Positions 41,428 to 50,741 of a DNA stretch of 64,000 bases are shown here, piece after piece; positions within the stretch are counted from its first letter, which is position 1; each line of letters starts with the position of its first letter. The DNA is from an uncultured delta proteobacterium (GTDB lineage Bacteria > Desulfobacterota > Binatia > UBA9968), in contig CAVUVW010000016.1 of the NCBI GenBank assembly GCA_963745035.1, positions 1-64,000 on the forward strand, in the 5' to 3' direction. The notes beneath the pieces are model-generated. The model was not told where the DNA came from and made no database searches. It saw only the letters and a program-made list of their open reading frames with translations. The translations under genes were made by a program, and so were the position numbers.

Positions 41428-41511
41428 TGAACGGTTTGAGCTCGATGAACTGTTCGTGATTAAGCGGAACCGTTCGTTCAAAAAGTTCAAACCGTTCAAG
41501 CCGTTCAAAAC
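41428..41511. repeat. 9-nt periodic GTTCAA repeat with inverted copy
   Basis: TGAACGGTT TGAGCTCGA TGAAC ... GTTCAAAAA GTTCAAACC GTTCAAGCC GTTCAAAAC between convergent genes. Confidence 0.7.
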
Positions 41512-41533
41512 GCCGGTCTCAGAGCGGTGAAGT

Positions 41534-42547
41534 TCAGCTCTCCGCTTTGATGTATTTGCCCATTTCCTTCAACGTCTCGGGCGTCTGATTGAGCAGCGCG
41601 TTGAAGTCTTTTTGTACCTGTTCGTGCGAGATCAACTGCATGTCGATCTTGGCTTTCTTCGCTTCGGCCAAGAGTTCCGGATCTTTGAGCGCTTTGGCGA
41701 AGGCGTCGCGCAAAATCGCCACGCGATCCGCCGGTGTGCCCGGTGCGGCCGCGAAAGCGCGGCCAATCGCGAGCGGCAGCGCCTTGATCGACATGAGCGA
41801 TTTGCCGAGCGGGCTGGTCGCGAGACTTTCATCGGTCGGTAGATTCTCAAATCCGGGCACCGGGGTGCGTCCGCGCACCAGCGGTCGCACCGCGCCGCGA
41901 TCGGCGGCGAGCTTGATCGTCGTGCCGAGCGCCGACCACGCGTCCACTTCCTTGCGCTCGATCGCCAAAAGGACATCGCTGTTGGCCGGGTAACCGGAGA
42001 CGAGCTTCAATTTCAGCCCGGCGAATTCCTTGAGCAGCAGCGGAAAGTCGTGGGCGTTGGAGCCCGGCCCGGTGGTGCCGGCGACCAGCTCTTTTTCGGC
42101 TTTCTTCAAATCGTCGATGCTCTTGTAGGGCAGGTCCGAACGGATGGAAAACATCACGCCGTCGGCCCCTGAGGAGCCGAGCCATTGAAACTTGTTTACG
42201 TCGAAGCGCACCTGTTCCACCTTCGAGAGCTGGGCGATGGCGACATTGGGATTCGCCGCGAGAATCGTCAGGCCATCGGGCTTGGAAATGTTGAAGACGT
42301 TGTTGGTCGCGAGCAGATGCGCGGCCCCGGGCATATGTTGCACAATCACCGTGGGCTTGCCGGGGATGTATTTGCCCAGATGATGCGCTACGACTTGCGA
42401 GGCGATCTCCAGACTGCCACTCTTAGCGCCGATCATAATCGTCAGCGTCTTGCCTTCGTAAAAGTTTGCTTGGCTCCAGCCGAGCCCAGCCGGCAATATC
42501 AACCACGCAAAAATGGCGAGAACTGTGAGTCTTTGAATTTGTTTCAT
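41534..42547 (-). CDS. tctC: Tripartite tricarboxylate transporter substrate-binding protein (Bug family)
   Basis: FYEGKTLTIMIG, HLGKYIPGKPTVIVQHMPGA, KPDGLT, PGTPADRVAILRDAF. Confidence 0.88.
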   Translation of the reverse strand: MKQIQRLTVLAIFAWLILPAGLGWSQANFYEGKTLTIMIGAKSGSLEIASQVVAHHLGKYIPGKPTVIVQHMPGAAHLLATNNVFNISKPDGLTILAANPNVAIAQLSKVEQVRFDVNKFQWLGSSGADGVMFSIRSDLPYKSIDDLKKAEKELVAGTTGPGSNAHDFPLLLKEFAGLKLKLVSGYPANSDVLLAIERKEVDAWSALGTTIKLAADRGAVRPLVRGRTPVPGFENLPTDESLATSPLGKSLMSIKALPLAIGRAFAAAPGTPADRVAILRDAFAKALKDPELLAEAKKAKIDMQLISHEQVQKDFNALLNQTPETLKEMGKYIKAES

Positions 42548-42794
42548 ACTTGCCTCCTCCAAGATTTAGTGGATCCGCAAAGCACTATAGATGTCCGCCG
42601 TACCTCCTTTAAGCCGCCGCAAAGGTATTTCATCGGCCGCCCGCGAGTCAAGACCATATTCCTTTATTGGCTCGTGCCGAGAATCTGGCTCATGTGGGTC
42701 AGGCCCAAACGGGCTGTCGGAGACGAGCGCGATCCGAAGTCTTGCATTGACGCGTCGGTTTGCGTTAATCAAAGACGAGAGCGGAGTTAACGAG

Positions 42795-43115
42795 ATGAGA
42801 CAAACTTGCTTTGTGTGTCAAAACGTCGACTGCCAGAGCCGCGGCTCGGAACAATTGATGGACGAAATTTCCAAACAGGTGGCGGCGCGGTCCGTGGACG
42901 CCGAGGTGAAGCCGTATATCTGTTTCGGCGGATGCGAATACGGTCCCAATGTCGTCGTTCATCCGCAAAAAGTCTGGTACGCGGGGGTCCAATCTAAAGA
43001 CGTGCCGGAGATCGTCGATTCGCTGGCCGGCGGCCCGCCGGTTTCGCGGCTCGACACCATCGATCCGTCCTTGAAAGAGATCGTCTACTCGCTGCTCGAT
43101 AGCGGCGTGTTCTAG
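42795..43115 (+). CDS. Thioredoxin-like (2Fe-2S) ferredoxin
   Basis: VCQNVDC...CFGGCEYGPNVVVHP..VWY. Confidence 0.88.
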   Translation: MRQTCFVCQNVDCQSRGSEQLMDEISKQVAARSVDAEVKPYICFGGCEYGPNVVVHPQKVWYAGVQSKDVPEIVDSLAGGPPVSRLDTIDPSLKEIVYSLLDSGVF

Positions 43116-43124
43116 ACGAGCAGA

Positions 43125-43146
43125 AGGGCGTAGCCATACGCCCTAC
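43125..43146 (-). repeat. GTAG-type REP-like palindrome
   Basis: Reverse complement is GTAGGGCGTATGGCTACGCCCT. Confidence 0.65.
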
Positions 43147-43220
43147 AGAAATCCTGGTTTTGGGTCCCCTTCGCCCGAAGTGGATCAGCCTCAGACTTCT
43201 ATCGTCCGAATGGAGCGATG

Positions 43221-43613
43221 CTAGCGCTCTAACGGGCTGTCTAACGCGCGGACGAAAACTTCCATTCGCTCTGCGCCGATGATTTCCACTTCGGTGCCGG
43301 ATCTGAGCACGTGGTCGGCGGGACTGGCCACCGCGCGCCAAAGCTCGCCGCGAACGCGGATGTAGCCTTTCGGCGTGAGATCTCCTTCCGCGATTCCCTT
43401 CGAACCGACTAAACGGGCCGACCCGGTCACCCCCGGTTCATAAGCGCGCCGAAAAAAACGATAGAGGAGCAGATCTTTTAGCAACCATCCGAAGAAGCAA
43501 AGAACGGCGATCCCTTTTGTGAGAAATTCCCAGTGTACGAGAGCTGTCAAGACTGCCGCCGCGATTATCCAGCCGGGAATCTGAAACAACAAATATTTGA
43601 TTGGAGGCGACAC
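43221..43613 (-). CDS. NfeD-like protein (C-terminal OB-fold type)
   Basis: Two TM segments, then LVGSKG...LTPKGYIRVRGELWRA...GTEVEI. Confidence 0.82.
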   Translation of the reverse strand: MSPPIKYLLFQIPGWIIAAAVLTALVHWEFLTKGIAVLCFFGWLLKDLLLYRFFRRAYEPGVTGSARLVGSKGIAEGDLTPKGYIRVRGELWRAVASPADHVLRSGTEVEIIGAERMEVFVRALDSPLER

Positions 43614-43814
43614 GATGCCGGTGCGCTCTGAAATACGATCCTAGTGGAGGAGTGTTTTCATTGAGTCCACTCGGTGATCCGAAGCCATGCAGACGACCTC
43701 GTCATCATAAATACGCGTCTTGCGGTATGTCAATCGAGCCATCGCTTCCGAGTGCGGTTGACAGTCGTCAACGCAAAGCGCTATGCACACGACAGGCGAG
43801 CCGGAGGTCGATGC

Positions 43815-44843
43815 ATGAACAAGGTTGCGCGTAGCGACAGTGTGGCGCTCCTCGACCGCGACATGGCGGAGAAGAATCTGTCGGGTTATTGGCGCCTCGG
43901 CATGGAAGGGCTGCCGCCGCACCCGACGACTTCCGTGCAGCCCTGTCTGTGGAAATGGGCCGATGTGCACGGGAGTTTGCGGCGCGCCGGCGAAGTGATC
44001 AGTCTGGAGCATAGCGAGCGCCGCGTGGTGCGCCTGGTCAATCCGGGCCTCGATCCGCGATACGGTTTCGCGAGTCATACGATTCAAATTTCCTTTCAGT
44101 ACGTAAAACCGGGCGAGAACGCGCGGGCGCATCGCCACACACCGGCGGCGCTGCGGTTCGTGGTTCAAGGCAGCGGCGCTTACACCACCGTCAACGGCCA
44201 GCAATGCGTCATGGAACCCGGCGACCTGATTCTCACGCCCAAGCTCACCTGGCACGATCACTCCAATGAATCAAAGGAGCCGATCCTCTGGCTCGACGGC
44301 TTGGATTTTCCGCTGGTCACCGCTCTCCATCAAGTGATGCAAGAGCGCTATCCGGAGCGGCGGCAGCCGATCGAGAAAAATAGCGAAGAGGTGATGGAGA
44401 AACTCGGCGCGTCTCCGCGCGAAGGCGTGCCGCTTGCGGAATTCTTTCATTACAAGTGGCGCGACACGGAAAAGAGCCTGCGCGCTTTGGCGGATTCGTC
44501 CGCCGCAAGGAGCCGCTTTGACGGCTATCTGCTGGAATATCGCAATATCAATGGCGGGCCGACGATGACGACGATCCAATGCGCAGTGCAGCTCCTGCCC
44601 GCAGCGCACCAAACCGACTCGCATCGGCACACGAGCACGGTCATCTATCACGTGTTTCGCGGCTCCGGCTCGACCGAAATCGCCGAGCGCCGCTTCGACT
44701 GGGAGCAGGGCGACTCCTTCGTGGTGCCGCTGTGGCATGCTCACCGGCACATGAATCGCTCTACCTCAGATGAAGCGGTTTTATTTTCCATGAGCGACGC
44801 GCCCATGCTGAAAGCGCTCGACCTCTATCGCGAGGACTTCTAA
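43815..44843 (+). CDS. Gentisate 1,2-dioxygenase-like cupin
   Basis: ERRVVRLVNPG, AHRHTPAALRF, GDLILTP..TWHDH, WLDGLD.P, HRHT. Confidence 0.88.
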   Translation: MNKVARSDSVALLDRDMAEKNLSGYWRLGMEGLPPHPTTSVQPCLWKWADVHGSLRRAGEVISLEHSERRVVRLVNPGLDPRYGFASHTIQISFQYVKPGENARAHRHTPAALRFVVQGSGAYTTVNGQQCVMEPGDLILTPKLTWHDHSNESKEPILWLDGLDFPLVTALHQVMQERYPERRQPIEKNSEEVMEKLGASPREGVPLAEFFHYKWRDTEKSLRALADSSAARSRFDGYLLEYRNINGGPTMTTIQCAVQLLPAAHQTDSHRHTSTVIYHVFRGSGSTEIAERRFDWEQGDSFVVPLWHAHRHMNRSTSDEAVLFSMSDAPMLKALDLYREDF

Positions 44844-44854
44844 CTCAGAAAGGA

Positions 44855-45826
44855 GTGTTTATGCTCCACATGAGTCTCCCCGGCGTACGGGTCTGGGCGA
44901 TGCTGCTGTGTCTGCAAGTCGTTGTCTTGCTCTGGCGGATTCCACCGGCGTCGGCTGTAGAAGATCTTCTTGTCTCCTACGCCGGTCCGACCGTCACGTT
45001 CCTGCCCGCGGAAGTGGCACGCCAACGCGGTTTTTTCCGCGAGCAGAACCTCGACATTAAATTGCTGCTTACAAGATCAGAGGTCGACCGCGCCGCGCTG
45101 GTGAGCGGCAGCGTCGACTACACGCTCAGGGCCGGGTCAAGCTTCGTCTCCGCGGCGCGAGGCTTGCCGGTGCGGATCGTTTTGCTCGGCACGATGAGAC
45201 CGTTCTGGGGCTTGGTGGTGCGCCCGGATGTAAATTCCGTGCGCGAGCTCAAGGGAAAATCGGTGGGCGTGCCGGGATTTCTTGGCTCGCAGCATGTTTC
45301 CGCGAAATTCATCTTAAAGCATCATGGGCTCGACCCCGATAAAGACGTCGTCTATCGCGTGGTCGATACCGGCTCGCGCATCGGCGCGGTCCTGTCGGGC
45401 TCCATCGACAGCTCGATGATGGACTACGGAGAAGCGTTCCGAGCGAAGAAAGCCGGTCTCAAGTTGATCGTCAATGCCGCCGAGCTGCACGGTCTGCTGG
45501 CGGGCGGTCTCGCGGTCAATACGAAGAAGCTGAAGGAACAGCCCGATCAAGTGCGGCGCATGCTGAAGGCAATGACACAGGCGTTAAGATACATGCAAGA
45601 GAATCCCGAAGGCACGCAACAGGTCATGATGAGCTGGCTCAAGCTCGATCGCGAGATGGCGGCCGATATCTACAAATTGGCGGTCAACAACTATACGAAG
45701 AACGGCATGGTGGAAGAGACGATGCTCAACTCGCTTGTCACGGCCATGCTGGCCGAGGCGGGTATCAAGAACGTCGCGCCGTCTCAGTTGGTGGATTTTA
45801 CGTTACTACAGCAAGCGCTTAAATAA
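44855..45826 (+). CDS. ABC substrate-binding protein, SsuA/NMT1-like
   Basis: RGFFREQNLD, ALVSGSVD, ELKGKSVGV, HGLDPDKDV. Confidence 0.88.
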   Translation: MFMLHMSLPGVRVWAMLLCLQVVVLLWRIPPASAVEDLLVSYAGPTVTFLPAEVARQRGFFREQNLDIKLLLTRSEVDRAALVSGSVDYTLRAGSSFVSAARGLPVRIVLLGTMRPFWGLVVRPDVNSVRELKGKSVGVPGFLGSQHVSAKFILKHHGLDPDKDVVYRVVDTGSRIGAVLSGSIDSSMMDYGEAFRAKKAGLKLIVNAAELHGLLAGGLAVNTKKLKEQPDQVRRMLKAMTQALRYMQENPEGTQQVMMSWLKLDREMAADIYKLAVNNYTKNGMVEETMLNSLVTAMLAEAGIKNVAPSQLVDFTLLQQALK

Positions 45827-45832
45827 ACTTGC

Positions 45833-46315
45833 ATGGAAATGACAACCAAAAGCTCACCTCGTTCAACTCGGTGCTGGCTGTTTGTCTTGACCGGTTATGT
45901 GCTTGCGGCGGCGGCATTCGATCCAAGTGAAGTGACCAACGCCGAGTATTTCAAGTTTGTTCAAGCCACTCGCCATTCCGCTCCCGAATATTGGATCAAC
46001 GGCCGCTTCCCGGAAGGCCGCGGCAGCGAACCGGTCGTGCTCGTGAACTTTGACGAGGCAGTGTCCTATTGCCGATTCGCCGGAAAGCGCTTGCCGACAG
46101 TGGACGAATGGAAATCAACCTGCGACGCTGGCAAGCTCAAAAAGCGCGGCGATATTTGGGAGTGGACTTCGACCGATGTCGATCAGGGCGGCCAAACTTA
46201 CAAAGCACTTTGCGGCCCAAGCAATACCTGCGACTGCTCGCACCGCTATTTGCCGCACTGGAAAAATGGTGTCAAAGGATTTCGCTGTGTGCAGGATGCG
46301 ACGCCGGTGACGTAG
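45833..46315 (+). CDS. Minimal FGE/SUMF1-sulfatase-modifying-domain protein
   Basis: EVTNAEY, PVVLVNFDEAVSYC, KRLPTVDEW, IWEWT, GFRC. Confidence 0.75.
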   Translation: MEMTTKSSPRSTRCWLFVLTGYVLAAAAFDPSEVTNAEYFKFVQATRHSAPEYWINGRFPEGRGSEPVVLVNFDEAVSYCRFAGKRLPTVDEWKSTCDAGKLKKRGDIWEWTSTDVDQGGQTYKALCGPSNTCDCSHRYLPHWKNGVKGFRCVQDATPVT

Positions 46316-46471
46316 TTGACAAGAATTGTTTCAGGTTGGCGTGCTTCTAGGTTCCTCCACGCTGGCGCTTCCGTCATCAAGCTTGCCAGCTCATAATTTC
46401 GATCTTGCCAGGCTGACTCGAGCCATATATGAGCTAGAGAGTATTTCACCCTCTAATCCAGGAGCGACTTC

Positions 46472-48194
46472 ATGGAAACAAACAAAACGGTAACCGTTCC
46501 GGTAGAAAACGTCGGGCAGGCGTATTTGGAAATCCTCCGCGCGCGCGGGATCAAGTATTTTTTCGGCAACAGCGGGACGGACTTCGGGCCGATCATCGAC
46601 GGGCTTGGCGAAATTTGGCGCGGAGAAGAAAGCCCATCCGATGCCGATCACGGTGCCGCATGAATTCGTCGCCGTCAGCATGGCGCAGGGATATGCCATG
46701 ATCACGGGCGAGCCGCAGGTCGTCATGGTGCACGTGATTGTCGGAACGGGAAATGCCTCCGCCGCTGTAATGAATGCCTCGCGTCTCAACGTGCCGATGA
46801 TTTTTTCCGCGGGCCGGACGCCGCTCACGGAAGAAGGGCTGCGCGGGAGCCGGAGCAATTTCATCCACTGGGGTCAGGAGTCCTTCGATCAGGGAAGCTT
46901 GCTGCGCGAGTTCACGCGCTGGGACTACGAGCTGCGCAACGGCGATCAACTCGAAGCGGTCGTCGATCGCGCGCTCGAGATGGCGCTCGGTAACCCGCAA
47001 GGCCCGGTCTATTTGACGTTGCCGCGTGAAGTTCTCGCGCAAAAAATGGATTCGGTTACGATTCATCCTTTTCGAAAGAACACGGCGGAGGCTTTGCGAC
47101 CCAGCGACGAGACCATCCGGCGCACCGCGGATGTGCTGCGCGGCGCGGTGAATCCGGTTATCATTACCGGCCGCCTGGGCTCGGATCCGACCGCCGTAGG
47201 CGCGATGGTTTCGTTCGCCGAAGCGCTGGTGGCGCCCGTGGTCACGCCGGCGAGCCCGTTTGTCAGTTTTCCCAATACGCATGATTTTCATCTCGGCGTG
47301 AGCTCCGCGCCCTACGTCAAGGACGCGGACGTGATCGTCGTGGTCGAGAGCGATGTGCCGTGGTATCCGGTACAGGGCAAACCGCCGGAGAGCTGCAAGG
47401 TGATCCAAATCGCGCGCGACCCCAATTACGGCGGCATTCCGATTCGCCATTTTCCCAAGGATATTTCCATCGGCGGCGATCCGAAACTTGCTTTGGAGCT
47501 GCTCGCGCAGGAATTGAAAGTCCGGCCGGGAAACACGAAATTCGCGGCGGAGCGCGCCGAGCGGATTCGCTCCCAGCACAGACAGCATCGCGAGCGATTA
47601 AAGCAAAAAGCTGAAAAGGCGAGCGGGGAAAGGCCCATCGATACCGGCTGGTTGTCCTACTGCGTCGATCAAGTGAGAGACAAGGACACGCTCATCGTCA
47701 ACGATCACGGCGTGTCGCAAGAGCATTTGAGCTTGAGCGAGCCCGCGAGTTACTTCGGCGGCTCGCCGGCCGGCGGTCTCGGCTGGGGGATCGGCGGCGC
47801 ATTGGGCATGAAGCTCGCTCATCCGGAAAAAACCGTGATCACGAGCTGCGGCGATGGGACATACATGTTCAACAACCCGACCGCCTGTCATTTCGTATCG
47901 CAGGCGTATCATCTGCCGACGCTCACGATCGTGTGCAACAATGCGATCTGGCATTCGAGCAAGGCGGCCACGCAGCAAGTCCTGCCGGATGGCTGGGCGA
48001 CGAGCACGGGGAATTTTCCGCTCTGCGAGTTGTCGCCGTCGCCGCGCTACGAGATGGTGGTCGCCGCCCATGGCGGCTACGGCGAGATGGTGGATGATCC
48101 CGCTGAGCTTCCGGCCGCACTGAAGCGCGCGCTCAAAGTCGTCAAAGAAGAAAAACGCCAGGCCGTGCTGAATGTGATCTGCGGGAGTCATTGA
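46472..48194 (+). CDS. Thiamine pyrophosphate-requiring enzyme (frameshift near 46604)
   Basis: FFGNSGTDF, PHEFVAVSMAQGY, GLGWGIGGALG, GDGTYMF...NN. Confidence 0.9.
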
Positions 48195-48366
48195 ACGATT
48201 GTCCCGTTGATTCGTCTCATCGCAAATTCTCCAAGCAAATCTTCTCGCCGATGCACGCGACGGCTGCGCAATTTTTTCTACAGCGCGCGAAAATCCGCTC
48301 GTGTGCGGCGCCGCCGTGTAATCGGCGCCAATGTTCTTGCCGAAATAGTCGCCAAGGGCGAAAAAA

Positions 48367-48444
48367 TTATCCACAGTTGTGGATAACTGCGCTTTTGCAG
48401 AAATGACGTGTTGTTATCGACAACATCCACAGTGCTGTGAACAG
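48367..48444. promoter_or_regulatory. DnaA-box cluster
   Basis: Perfect TTATCCACA (48367-75) and inverted TGTGGATAA (48378-86), plus degenerate TTATCGACA (48414-22), ACATCCACA (48423-31) and TGTGAACAG (48436-44). Confidence 0.7.
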
Positions 48445-48493
48445 ATGCCGCGCTACTCCGACGAAAAATTTTTCTAATTGCGCTGATTTCTGC

Positions 48494-48523
48494 TTGACAA
48501 ATTTGACAAGAAAAATTTAGAGT
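48494..48523 (+). promoter_or_regulatory. Candidate sigma70 promoter of the ExeA-like operon
   Basis: TTGACA (48494; second copy at 48503) and TAGAGT (48518) in an AT-rich tract. Confidence 0.4.
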
Positions 48524-48667
48524 TGCGCCTCCTCGCATCATCGTTGGCACACAATTTAGTTTTTTTCACTGCGAAGGAGCTGTCTATCGTGTTCCCGATG
48601 TTGGACACGGAAAAGAGTGACGTTTGTCCAGTTCCAACAAGGACGGCCCGCACAGGAGGGTAGGCTC

Positions 48668-49945
48668 ATGATCGAAGTTCCCGGTTCTCAAAGACACAAA
48701 GCTTTGCTTGAAAGCCATTTTGGCTTTCGTGAAATGCCCTTCGGCGTGACTCCCGATCCGCGGTTTTTCTATGAGCATCCGCTGTATCTGGAGGGTCTGG
48801 CTGCGCTGATCCACGGAATCGAGTCGAAGAAAGGCTTCATGCTCGTGACCGGCGAAGTGGGAACAGGCAAGACGATCCTCTTGCGCAAGTTGATACGCCA
48901 CCTCGAGGCGCGCGTCCATTTCGTCTTCGTGTCCAACAGCCACCTCACATCCTACGGCTTGACCGAGTTGATCGTCCAGAATCTAGGCATAAGCAGCAAG
49001 GAGAAGAGCCGATTGGAAATGATTCAGGACTTGAACGGCTATCTCATCGAGCAGCTTCAGGCGGGCCACACCGTGACTTTATTGATCGATGAAGCGCAAA
49101 AGCTCAGCGATGAAGCCCTCGAGGGCCTTTGCGACCTGTCGAACTTGGAAACGGAGGAGGAAAAGTTACTGCAGATCGTGCTCGTGGGACAGCCGGAGGT
49201 GGCGGCCAAGTTGAACAAACCCTCCTTGCGCCGCATCAAGCAGCGCATCGCCTTGCACCACCGTCTCTATTCATTACAAACGCCGAGCGAGGTGGACTAC
49301 TATATTCGTCATCGCCTCAAGGTCGCGGGATATGAGGGACCTGAGCTTCTCAACAAAGAAGCGGTGGAAGCGACCTGGCAATATTCCGGAGGAACGCCCC
49401 GGTTGATCAATGTTCTTTGCGATAACGCGCTCGCGATGGCCTGCGTGGCGGCGAAGAAGAAGGTCTCTCCGTACATGATCATGAAGGCCGCCGGCGGCCT
49501 GCTGTTGGAGCCGAGCGCGGAAGCTCCAAAGATCACGCCGTCCGATGTCGGGCTTCTCAGGATGAAAGCCGCGGCGCCGAGAGACAATCCCAAACGCGCG
49601 GAGGCCAACGGCGTCCCGACGAACGGGAACGACTGGCCTGAATCATCGATTGCGTTGCGCGAGTCCGACCGCATGACGCTGTCGCGTTTCGCGACCAAAG
49701 GGCCGGCCGTCTCCGCGGTTTTTTTTGATCGTATGACGCGCGCCGCCACCGAAGCCATGGGTCCGATGGCCAACCGAATCCTCGGCGATCAGATTTCCGC
49801 GCTCGGAGAGTCGCGCCGCGCTTTTCCGCAGGCGAAGCTGGCGGAGCTCATCATAAGAGTGAGCGGGGAAATTTTAAATGAGACGATGAGAGCGCGATTT
49901 CAGAAGATCATGATCAACGAAATTGCCACTCTCAAAACGATGTAA
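48668..49945 (+). CDS. ExeA/GspA-like AAA+ ATPase with C-terminal helical domain
   Basis: HFGFREMPFGVTPDPRFF, GEVGTGKT, LLIDEAQ, LQIVLVGQPE, GGTPRLINVLCDNAL. Confidence 0.9.
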   Translation: MIEVPGSQRHKALLESHFGFREMPFGVTPDPRFFYEHPLYLEGLAALIHGIESKKGFMLVTGEVGTGKTILLRKLIRHLEARVHFVFVSNSHLTSYGLTELIVQNLGISSKEKSRLEMIQDLNGYLIEQLQAGHTVTLLIDEAQKLSDEALEGLCDLSNLETEEEKLLQIVLVGQPEVAAKLNKPSLRRIKQRIALHHRLYSLQTPSEVDYYIRHRLKVAGYEGPELLNKEAVEATWQYSGGTPRLINVLCDNALAMACVAAKKKVSPYMIMKAAGGLLLEPSAEAPKITPSDVGLLRMKAAAPRDNPKRAEANGVPTNGNDWPESSIALRESDRMTLSRFATKGPAVSAVFFDRMTRAATEAMGPMANRILGDQISALGESRRAFPQAKLAELIIRVSGEILNETMRARFQKIMINEIATLKTM

Positions 49946-49968
49946 GCGCAGCATCAAGGAGACGAGCC

Positions 49969-50721
49969 ATGAATCCGGAATCGCGACGGCTGGGCCTCAA
50001 GTGGAAGATCGGCGGCATTTTTACCGGTGTCATGTTGATCCTGGGCGTTTTTGTGATCGCCGCGGTGTATCGACTCACCGAAAGCGCGCTGCGAGATCAG
50101 CTCGACAAGCGGACTCTCGCCGTCGCCACCAACTTCAGCGATGCGGCGGCGGGACATATCGCCGCTAAAAATTCTCTCGCGCTTCATGCGCTGGCGCGCA
50201 AATACACGCTTCTCGACGGCGTCGCTTACGCCTACGTCGAAGATCCTAAAGGAGAGATCATCGCGCATACGTTGGGAACTTTTCCGGATGCCCTGCGGCA
50301 GGAAGTTTCCGCCAGCGACAAGCGTCAAACGAGGCGGCGGGAACTGTCACTCGGCGACCGCAGAGTCTACGAAGCCGCGGTGCCGGTTTTGGAAGGTCAG
50401 ATGGGCGGCGTTCGCGTCGGATTCTGGGCCGATGCGGTGCAAACGGAGATCCGCCGGGCGCTGCTGCCGATTATCGCCGTCGTTGCCGTCGTTCCCCTGG
50501 TCGGCGCGCTTTTATCTTTCTTGCTGGCGCACTGGATTGTTCGGCCGATCATTGGCTTAAGAGAAGTAGCCGACAAGGTCACCATGGGAGATCTGGAGAC
50601 TTCGGTGGGCGGCGATTGTGTCAGCTCGGGCGATGAGATCGGCGACTTGGCGCGCGCTCTCGAGCGCATGCGGTCGAGCCTCAGAGCGGCGATGTTGCGC
50701 CTGGGCAGGGAAGTAGCGTGA
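49969..50721 (+). CDS. Membrane protein: TM - periplasmic sensor - TM - HAMP, with no output domain
   Basis: IVRPIIGLREVADKVTMGDLE...DEIGDLARALERMRSSL, then stop. Confidence 0.85.
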   Translation: MNPESRRLGLKWKIGGIFTGVMLILGVFVIAAVYRLTESALRDQLDKRTLAVATNFSDAAAGHIAAKNSLALHALARKYTLLDGVAYAYVEDPKGEIIAHTLGTFPDALRQEVSASDKRQTRRRELSLGDRRVYEAAVPVLEGQMGGVRVGFWADAVQTEIRRALLPIIAVVAVVPLVGALLSFLLAHWIVRPIIGLREVADKVTMGDLETSVGGDCVSSGDEIGDLARALERMRSSLRAAMLRLGREVA

Positions 50722-50741
50722 TGCGCTCGAAGGAGGAAATT

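Noticed and set aside
41428-41511. CRISPR array in this or other repeat regions
   Set aside because: Units are 7-9 nt tandem or palindromic with no unique spacers, and no cas genes are present.
45833-46315. Diversity-generating retroelement target (FGE/CLec fold)
   Set aside because: I saw no reverse transcriptase, Avd or template-repeat copy in the window.
48545-48560. Sigma54 promoter upstream of the ExeA-like gene
   Set aside because: TGGCAC is present but the -12 position reads AG instead of GC.
48668-49945. Type II secretion locus or Tn7/Mu-type transposition ATPase
   Set aside because: No gsp/pil genes or transposase are adjacent; the motifs are ExeA-like only.
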